Made by a program: the position numbers and the translations under genes | The notes under the pieces: generated by a model | Told to the model about the DNA's origin: nothing | Databases searched by the model: none | What the model saw: the letters and a program-made list of their open reading frames with translations, nothing else | Origin: Eledone cirrhosa | Lineage: Eukaryota | Direction of reading: 5' to 3' | Length of the DNA: 64,000 nucleotides | Assembly: GCA_964016885.1 (NCBI GenBank) | Contig: OZ024745.1 | Span: 5,704,001-5,768,000, forward strand | Shown here: one piece after another, positions 49,701 to 60,980 of the stretch | Layout: each line of letters opens with the position of its first letter | Numbering within the stretch: the stretch's first letter is position 1

Positions 49701-52700
49701 TTGGTCGTTATAAACTTTGACAACATTTGGTCGTTATAAACTATGACAACATACATTTGGTCGTTATAAACTATGACAACATACATTTGGTCGTTATAAA
49801 CTATGACAACATTTGGTCGTTATAAACTATGACAACATTTGGTCGTTATAAACTATGACCACATACATTTGGTCGTTATAAACTATAACAACATTTGGTC
49901 GTTATAAACTATGACAACATACATTTGGTCGTTATAAACTATGACAACATTTGGTCGTTATAAACTATGACCACATACATTTGGTCGTTATAAACTATAA
50001 CAACATTTGGTCGTTATATAGTATGACAACATACATTTGGTCGTTATAAACTATGACAACATTTGGTCGTTATAAACTATGACAACATTTGGTCGTTATA
50101 AACTATGACAACATACATTTGGTCGTTATAAACTATGACAACATTTGGCCGTTATAAACTATGACAACATTTGGTCGTTATAAACTATGACAACATTTGG
50201 TCGGTATAAACTATGACAACATACATTTGGTCGTTATAAACTATGACAACATACATTTGGACGTTATAAACTATGACAACATTTGGTCGTTATAAACTAT
50301 AACAACATTTGGTATTTATAAACTATGACAACATACATTTGGTCGTTATAAACTATGACAACATACATTTGGTCTTTATAAATTATGACAACATTTGGTC
50401 GTTATAAACTATGACAACATTTGGTCGTTATAAACTATGACAACATTTGGTCGTTATAAACTATGACAACATCTGGTCGTTATAAACTATGACAACATAC
50501 ATTTGGTCGTTATAAACTATGACAACATTTGGTTGGTATAAATTATGACAACATACATTTGGACGTTATAAACTATGACAACTTTTGGTCGTTATAAACT
50601 ATGACAACATACATTTCGTCGTTATAAACTATGGCAACATTTGGTCGTTATAAACTATGACAACATTTGGTCGTTATAAACTATGACAACATACATTTGG
50701 TCGTTATAAACTTTGACAACATTTGGTCGTTATAAACTATGACAACAAACATTTGGTCGTTATAAACTATGACAACATACATTTGGTCGTTATAAACTAT
50801 GACAACATTTGGTCGTTATAAACTATGACAACATTTGGTCGTTATAAACTATGACCACATACATTTGGTCGTTATAAACTATAACAACATTTGGTCGTTA
50901 TAAACTATGACAACATACATTTGGTCGTTATAAACTATGACAACATTTGGTCGTTATAAACTATGACCACATACATTTGGTCGTTATAAACTATAACAAC
51001 ATTTGGTCGTTATATAGTATGACAACATACATTTGGTCGTTATAAACTATGACAACATTTGGTCGTTATAAACTATGACAACATTTGGTCGTTATAAACT
51101 ATGACAACATACATTTGGTCGTTATAAACTATGACAACATTTGGCCGTTATAAACTATGACAACATTTGGTCGTTATAAACTATGACAACATTTGGTCGG
51201 TATAAACTATGACAACATACATTTGGTCGTTATAAACTATGACAACATACATTTGGACGTTATAAACTATGACAACATTTGGTCGTTATAAACTATAACA
51301 ACATTTGGTATTTATAAACTATGACAACATACATTTGGTCGTTATAAACTATGACAACATACATTTGGTCTTTATAAACTATGACAACATTTGGTCGTTA
51401 TAAACTATGACAACATTTGGTCGTTATAAACTATGACAACATTTGGTCGTTATAAACTATGACAACATCTGGTCGTTATAAACTATGACAACATACATTT
51501 GGTCGTTATAAACTATGACAACATTTGGTTGGTATAAATTATGACAACATACATTTGGACGTTATAAACTATGACAACTTTTGGTCGTTATAAACTATGA
51601 CAACATACATTTCGTCGTTATAAACTATGGCAACATTTGGTCGTTATAAACTATGACAACATTTGGTCGTTATAAACTATGACAACATTTGGTCGTAATA
51701 AACTATGACAACATACATTTGGTCGTTATAAACTATGACAACATTTGGTCGTTATAAACTATGAGAACAAACATTTGGTCGTTATAAACTATGACAACAT
51801 ACATTAGGTCGTTATAAACTATGGCAACATTTGGTCGTTATAAACTATGACAACATTTGGTCGTTATAATCTATGACAACATACATTTGGTCGTTATAAA
51901 CTATGACAACATTTGGTCGTTATAAACTATGGCAACACTTTGTCGTTATTAACTATGACAACATTTGGTCGTTATAAACTATGACAACATACATTTGGTC
52001 GTTATAAACTATGACAACATTTGGTCGTTATATATTATGACAACATTTGGTCGTTATAAACTATGACAACATTTGGTCGTTATAAACTATGACAACATTT
52101 GCTCGTTATAAATTATAACAACATACATTTGGACGTTATAAACTATGAAAACATACATTTCGTCGCTATAATCTATGACAACATTTGGTCGTTATAAACT
52201 ATGACAACATACATTTGGTCGTTATAAACTATGACAACATACATTTGGTCGTTATAAACTATGACAACATTTGGTCGTTATAAACTACGACAACATTTGG
52301 TCGTTATAAATTATGACAACATTTAGTCGTTATAAACTATGACAACATACATTTGGTCGTTATAAACTATGACAACATACATTTGGTCGTTATAAACTAT
52401 GACAATATTTGGTCGTTATAAACTATGGCAACATTTGGTCGTTATAAACTATGACAACATTTGGTCGTTATAAACTATGACAACATTTGGTCGTTATAAA
52501 CTATGACAACATTTGGTCGTTATAAACTATGACAACATACATTTGGACGTTATAAACTATGGCAACATACATTTGGTCGTTATAAACTATGACAACATTT
52601 GGTCGTTATAAACTATGACAACATTTGGTCGCTATAAACTATGACAACATTTGGTCGTTATAAACTATGACAACATTTGGTCGTTATAAACTGACAACAT

Positions 52701-53400
52701 TTGGTCGTTATAAACTATGACAACATACATTTCGTCGCTATAATCTATGACAACACTTGGTCGTTATAAACTATGACAACATACATTTGGTCGTTATAAA
52801 CTATGACAACATTTGGTCGTTATAAACTATGACAACATACATTTGGTCGTTATAAACTTTGACAACATTTGGTCGTTATAAACTATGACAACATACATTT
52901 GGTCGTTATAAACTATGACAACATACATTTGGTCGTTATAAACTATGACAACATTTGGTTGGTATAAACTATGACAACATACATTTGGACGTTATAATCT
53001 ATGACAACTTTTGGTCGTTATAAAGTATGACAACATACATTTCGTCGTTATAAACTATGGCAACATTTGGTCGTTATAAACTATGACAACATTTGGTCGT
53101 AATAAACTATGACAACATTTGGTCGTAATAAACTATGACAACATACATTTGGTCGTTATAAACTATGACAACATTTGGTTGGTATAAACTATGACAACAT
53201 ACATTTGGACGTTATAAACTATGACAACTTTTGGTCGTTATAAACTATGACAACATACATTTCGTCGTTATAAACTATGGCAACATTTGGTCGTTATAAA
53301 CTATGACAACATTTGGTCGTAATAAACTATGACAACATTTGGTCGTAATAAACTATGACAACATACATTTGGTCGTTATAAACTATGACAACATTTGGTA
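31700..53400 (+). repeat. Middle satellite domain with a basic higher-order unit of about 1.6-2.1 kb
   Basis: Diagnostic variants are AAACTGACAAC (AT deletion; 32951, 35041, 36747, 37323, 39413, 41935, 43641, 44217, 46307, 47953, 49547, 52689), GGTTGGTATAAA, CACTTTGTCGTTATTAAC, TTTCGTCGCTATAATC and ACTACGAC. Boundaries are approximate. Confidence 0.85.
33528..47365 (+). repeat. Near-identical tandem duplication with a 6,894-bp period
   Basis: Rare variants recur at exactly +6894: TCTGTA 33751/40645, CCATG 35321/42215, ATGACCACTTTT 39941/46835, and AACTGAC 35041/41935, 36747/43641, 37323/44217 and 39413/46307. Confidence 0.9.
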
Positions 53401-56400
53401 GTTATAAACTATGAGAACAAACATTTGGTCGTTATAAACTATGACAACATTTGGTCGTTATAAACTATGACAACATACATTTGGTCGTTATAAACTATGA
53501 GAACATTTGGTCGTTATAAACTATGACAACATTTGGTCTTTGTAAACTATGACAACATTTGGTCTTTGTAAACTATGACAACATTTGGTCGTTATAAACT
53601 ATGACAACATTTGGTCGTTATAAACTATGACAACATTTGGTCGTTATAAACTATGACAACATACATTTGGTCGTTTTGAACTATGACAACATACATTTGG
53701 TCGTTATAAACTATGGCAACATACATTTGGTCGTTATAAACTATGAGGACATTTGGTTGTTATAAACTATGACAACATTTGGTCGTAATAAAGTATGACA
53801 ACATTTGGTCTTTGTAAACTATGACAACATTTGGTCGTTATAAACTATGACAACATTTAGTCGTTATAAACTATGACAACATTTGGTCGTTATAAACTAT
53901 GACAACATACATTTGGTCGTTATGAACTATGACAACATACATTTGGTCGTTATAAACTATGGCAACATACATTTGGTCGTTATAAACTATGACAACATTT
54001 GGTCTTTGTAAACTATGACAACATTTGGTCGTTATAAACTATGACAACATTTAGTCGTTATAAACTATGACAACATTTGGTCGTTATAAACTATGACAAC
54101 ATACATTTGGTCGTTATGAACTATGACAACATACATTTGGTCGTTATAAACTATGACAACATTTAGTCGTTATAAACTATGACAACATTTGGTCGTTATA
54201 AACTATGACAACATACATTTGGTCGTTATGAACTATGACAACATACATTTGGTCGTTATAAACTATGGCAACATACATTTGGTCGTTATAAACTATGACA
54301 ACATTTGGTCTTTGTAAACTATGACAACATTTGGTCGTTATAAACTATGACAACATTTAGTCGTTATAAACTATGACAACATTTGGTCGTTATAAACTAT
54401 GACAACATACATTTGGTCGTTATGAACTATGACAACATACATTTGGTCGTTATAAAGTATGGCAACATACTTTTTGTCGTTATAAACTATGACAACATTT
54501 GGTCTTTGTAAACTATGACAACATTTGGTGTTTGTAAACTATGACAACATTTGGTCGTTATAAACTATGACAACATTTGGTCGTTATAAACTATTGCAAC
54601 ATATATTTGGTCGTTATAAACTATGACAACATTTGGTCGTTATAAACTATGAAAACATTTGGTCGTTATAAACTATGACAACATACATTTGGTGGTTTTG
54701 AACTATGACAACATACATTTGGTCGTTATAAACTATGGCAACATACATTTGGTCGTTATAAACTATGAGGAGATTTGGTTGTTATAAACTATGACAACAT
54801 TTGGTCGTTGTAAAGTGTGACAACATATATTTGGTCGTTATAAACTATGGCAACATACATTTGGTCGTTATAAACTATGAGGAGATTTGGTTGTTATAAA
54901 CTATGACAACATTTGGTCGTTGTAAAGTGTGACAACATATATTTGGTCGTTATAAACTATGGCAACATACATTTGGTCGTTATAAACTATGACAACATTT
55001 GGTCTTTGTAAACTATGACAACATTTGGGCGTTATAAACTATGACAACATTTGATCTTTGTAAACTATGACAACATTTGGTCTTTGTAAACTATGACAAC
55101 ATTTGGTCGTTATAAACTATGACAACATTTGTTCGTTATAAACTATGACAACATTTGGTCGTTATAAACTATGACAACATACATTTGGTCGTTATAAACT
55201 ATGACAACATACATTTGGTCGTTTTGAACTATGACAACATACATTTGGTCGTTATAAACTATGACAACATACATTTGGTCGTTATAAACTATGACAACAT
55301 ACATTTGGTCGTTATAAACTATGACAACATTTGGTCTTTGTAAACTATGACAACATTTGGTCTTTGTAAACTATGACAACATTTGCTCTTTGTAAACTAT
55401 GACAACATTTGGTCTTTGAAAACTATGACAACATTTGGTCGTTATAAACTATGACAACATTTGGTCGTTATAAATTATGACAACATTTGGTCGTTATAAA
55501 CTATGACAACATACATTTGGTCGTTTTGAACTATGACAACATACATTTGGTCGTTATAAACTATGGCAACATACATTTGGTCGTTATAAACTATGAGAAC
55601 ATTTGGTTGTTATAAACTATGACAACATTTGGTCGTAATAAAGTATGACAACATACATTTGGTCGTTATAAACTATGACAACATTTGGTCTTTGTAAACT
55701 ATGACAACATTTGGTCGTTATAAACTATGACAACATTTGGTCGTTATAAACAATGACAACATTTGGTCGTTATAAACTATGACAACATACATTTGGTCGT
55801 TATGAACTATGACAACATACATTTGGTCGTTATAAAGTATGGCAACATACTTTTTGTCGTTATAAACTATGACAACATTTGGTCGTAATAAACTATGACA
55901 ACATTTGGTCGTAATAAACTATGACAACATACATTTGGTCGTTATAAACTATGACAACATTTGGTCGTTATAAACTATGAGAACAAACATTTGGTCGTTA
56001 TAAACTATGACAACATTTGGTCGTTATAAACTATGACAACATACATTTGGTTGTTATAAACTATGAGAACATTTGGTCGTTATAAACTATGACAACATTT
56101 GGTCTTTGTAAACTATGACAACATTTGGTCTTTGTAAACTATGACAACATTTGGTCGTTATAAACTATGACAACATTTGGTCGTTATAAACTATGACAAC
56201 ATTTGGTCGTTATAAACTATGACAACATACATTTGGTCGTTTTGAACTATGACAACATACATTTGGTCGTTATAAACTATGGCAACATACATTTGGTCGT
56301 TATAAACTATGAGGACATTTGGTTGTTATAAACTATGACAACATTTGGTCGTAATAAAGTATGACAACATACATTTGGTCGTTATAAACTATGGCAACAT

Positions 56401-58589
56401 ACATTTGGTCGTTATAAACTATGACAACATTTGGTCTTTGTAAACTATGACAACATTTGGTCGTTATAAACTATGACAACATTTAGTCGTTATAAACTAT
56501 GACAACATTTGGTCGTTATAAACTATGACAACATACATTTGGTCGTTATGAACTATGACAACATACATTTGGTCGTTATAAAGTATGGCAACATACTTTT
56601 TGTCGTTATAAACTATGACAACATTTGGTCTTTGTAAACTATGACAACATTTGGTGTTTGTAAACTATGACAACATTTGGTCGTTATAAACTATGACAAC
56701 ATTTGGTCGTTATAAACTATTGCAACATATATTTGGTCGTTATAAACTATGACAACATTTGGTCGTTATAAACTATGAAAACATTTGGTCGTTATAAACT
56801 ATGACAACATACATTTGGTCGTTTTGAACTATGACAACATACATTTGGTCGTTATAAACTATGGCAACATACATTTGGTCGTTATAAACTATGAGGAGAT
56901 TTGGTTGTTATAAACTATGACAACATTTGGTCGTTGTAAAGTGTGACAACATATATTTGGTCGTTATAAACTATGGCAACATACATTTGGTCGTTATAAA
57001 CTATGACAACATTTGGTCTTTGTAAACTATGACAACATTTGGGCGTTATAAACTATGACAACATTTGGTCGTTATAAACTATGACAACATTTGGTCGTTA
57101 TAAACTATTGCAACATATATTTGGTCGTTATAAACTATGAGAACATTTGGTCGTTATAAACTATGACAACATTTGATCTTTGTAAACTATGACAACATTT
57201 GGTCTTTGTAAACTATGACAACATTTGGTCGTTATAAACTATGACAACATTTGTTCGTTATAAACTATGACAACATTTGGTCGTTATAAACTATGACAAC
57301 ATACATTTGGTCGTTATAAACTATGACAACATACATTTGGTCGTTTTGAACTATGACAACATACATTTGGTCGTTATAAACTATGACAACATACATTTGG
57401 TCGTTATAGACTATGACAACATACATTTGGTCGTTATAAACTATGACAACATTTGCTCTTTGTAAACTATGACAACATTTGGTCTTTGAAAACTATGACA
57501 ACATTTGGTCGTTATAAACTATGACAACATTTGGTCGTTATAAATTATGACAACATTTGGTCGTTATAAACTATGACAACATACATTTGGTCGTTTTGAA
57601 CTATGACAACATACATTTGGTCGTTATAAACTATGGCAACATACATTTGGTCGTTATAAACTATGAGGACATTTGGTTGTTATAAACTATGACAACATTT
57701 GGTCGTAATAAAGTATGACAACATACATTTGGTCGTTATAAACTATGACAACATTTGGTCTTTGTAAACTATGACAACATTTGGTCGTTATAAACTATGA
57801 CAACATTTGGTCGTTATAAACAATGACAACATTTGGTCGTTATAAACTATGACAACATACATTTGGTCGTTATGAACTATGACAACATACATTTGGTCGT
57901 TATAAAGTATGGCAACATACTTTTTGTCGTTATAAACTATGACAACATTTGGTCTTTGTAAACTATGACAACATTTGGTCTTTGTAAACTATGACAACAT
58001 TTGGTCGTTATAAACTATTGCAACATATATTTGGTCGTTATAAACTATGACAACATTTGGTCGTTATAAACTATGACAACATTTGGTCGTTATAAACTAT
58101 GACAACATACATTTGGTCGTTATAAACTATGACAACATACATTTGGTCGTTATAAACTATGGCAACATTTGGTCGTTATAAACTATGACAACAGTTGGTC
58201 GTTATAAACGATGACAACATACATTTGGTCGTTATAAACTATGACAACATACATTTGGTCGTTATAAACTATGACAACATAGATTAGGTCGTTATAAACT
58301 ATGGCAACATTTGGTCGTTATAAACTATGACAACATTTGGTCGTTATAAACTATGACAACATACATTTGGTCGTTATAAATTATGACAACATTTGGTCGT
58401 TATAAACTATGAGAACAAACATTTGGTCGTTATAAACTATGACAACATACATTAGGTCGTTATAAACTATCACAACATTTGGTCGTTATAAACTATGACA
58501 ACATTTGGTCGTTATAAACTATGACAACATACATTTGGTCGTTATAAACTATGGCAACATTTGGTTGTTATAAACTATGACAACATACA

Positions 58590-58672
58590 TGTATGTTGTC
58601 ATAGTTTATAACGATCAAATGTTGTCATTGTTTATAACGACCAAATGTTCTCATAGTTTATAACGATCAAAT
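58590..58672 (-). repeat. 83-bp inverted segment of about 3 satellite monomers (copy 1); forms a perfect 46-bp palindrome at 58567-58612
   Basis: TGTATGTTGTCATAGTTTATAACGATCAAATGTTGTCATTG...GATCAAAT is the reverse complement of the array repeat. The dyad is centred on ACATGT at 58587-58592. Confidence 0.97.
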
Positions 58673-60897
58673 ATAACATACATTTGGTCGTTATAAACTA
58701 TGACAACATACATTTGGTCGTTATAAACTATGACAACATACATTTGGTCGTTATGAACTATGACAACATTTGGTCGTTATAAACTATGACAACATTTGTT
58801 CTTTGTAAACTATGACAACATTTGGTCTTTGTAAACTATGACAACATTTGGTCGTTATAAACTATGACAACATTTGGTCGTTATAAATTATGACAACATT
58901 TGGTCGTTATAAACTATGACAACATACATTTGGTCGTTTTGAACTATGACAACATACATTTGGTCGTTATAAACTATGACAACAGTTGGTCGTTATAAAC
59001 GATGACAACATACATTTGGTCGTTATAAACTATGACAACATACATTTGGTCGTTATAAACTATGACAACATAGATTAGGTCGTTATAAACTATGGCAACA
59101 TTTGGTCGTTATAAACTATGACAACATTTGGTGGTCGTTATAAACAATGACAACATACATTAGGTCGTTATAAACTATGGCAACATTTGGTCGTTATAAA
59201 CTATGACAACATTTAGTCGTTATAAACTATGACAACATACATTTGGTCGTTATATACTATGGCAACATTTGGTCGTTATAAACTATGACAACATTTGGTC
59301 GTTATAAACTATGACAACATACATTTGGTCGTTATAAACTATGACAACATACATTTGGTCGTTATAAACTATGGCAACATTTGGTCGTTATAAACTATGG
59401 CAACATTTGGCCGTTATAAACTATGACAACATTTGGTCGTTATAAACTATGACAACATTTGGTCGTTATAAACTATGACAACATTTGGTCGTTATAAACT
59501 ATGACAACATACATTTGGTCGTTTTGAACTATGACAACATACATTTGGTCGTTATAAACTATGGCAACATACATTTGGTCGTTATAAACTATGAGGACAT
59601 TTGGTTGTTATAAACTATGACAACATTTGGTCTTTGTAAACTATGACAACATTTGGTCGTTATAAACTATGACAACATTTGGTCTTTGTAAACTATGACA
59701 ACATTTGGTCTTTGTAAACTATGACAACATTTGGTCGTTATAAACTATGACAACATTTGGTCGTTATAAACTATTGCAACATATATTTGGTCGTTATAAA
59801 CTATGACAACATTTGGTCGTTATAAACTATGACAACATTTGGTCGTAATAAAGTATGACAACATACATTTGGTCGTTATAAACTATGACAACATTTGGTC
59901 TTTGTAAACTATGACAACATTTGGTCGTTATAAACTATGACAACATTTGGTCGTTATAAACTATGACAACATACATTTGGTCGTTTTGAACTATGACAAC
60001 ATACATTTGGTCGTTATAAACTATGGCAACATACATTTGGTCGTTATAAACTATGAGGACATTTGGTTGTTATAAACTATGACAACATTTGGTCTTTGTA
60101 AACTATGACAACATTTGGTCGTTATAAACTATGACAACATTTGGTCGTTATAAACAATGACAACATTTGGTCGTTATAAACTATGACAACATACATTTGG
60201 TCGTTATGAACTATGACAACATACATTTGGTCGTTATAAAGTATGGCAACATACTTTTTGTCGTTATAAACTATGACAACATTTGGTCTTTGTAAACTAT
60301 GACAACATTTGGTCTTTGTAAACTATGACAACATTTGGTCGTTATAAACTATTGCAACATATATTTGGTCGTTATAAACTATGACAACATTTGGTCGTTA
60401 TAAACTATGACAACATTTGGTCGTTATAAACTATGACAACATACATTTGGTCGTTATAAACTATGACAACATACATTTGGTCGTTATAAACTATGGCAAC
60501 ATTTGGTCGTTATAAACTATGACAACAGTTGGTCGTTATAAACGATGACAACATACATTTGGTCGTTATAAACTATGACAACATACATTTGGTCGTTATA
60601 AACTATGACAACATAGATTAGGTCGTTATAAACTATGGCAACATTTGGTCGTTATAAACTATGACAACATACATTTGGTCGTTATAAATTATGACAACAT
60701 TTGGTCGTTATAAACTATGAGAACAAACATTTGGTCGTTATAAACTATGACAACATACATTAGGTCGTTATAAACTATCACCACATTTGGTCGTTATAAA
60801 CTATGACAACATTTGGTCGTTATAAACTATGACAACATACATTTGGTCGTTATAAACTATGGCAACATTTGGTTGTTATAAACTATGACAACATACA

Positions 60898-60980
60898 TGT
60901 ATGTTGTCATAGTTTATAACGATCAAATGTTGTCATTGTTTATAACGACCAAATGTTCTCATAGTTTATAACGATCAAAT
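60898..60980 (-). repeat. 83-bp inverted segment of about 3 satellite monomers (copy 2); perfect palindrome at 60875-60920
   Basis: Identical to copy 1 including both junctions, 2308 bp downstream. The dyad is centred on ACATGT at 60895-60900. Confidence 0.97.

Noticed and set aside
55155-55343. ORF encoding (VVINYDNIHL)n
   Set aside because: It arises from a run of consecutive 30-mers that is stop-free in one frame. It starts at TTG, and any 26-mer shifts the frame. There is no coding evidence.
57277-57465. Second (VVINYDNIHL)n ORF
   Set aside because: It is a duplicate of the same 30-mer run at +2122 and the same artefact.
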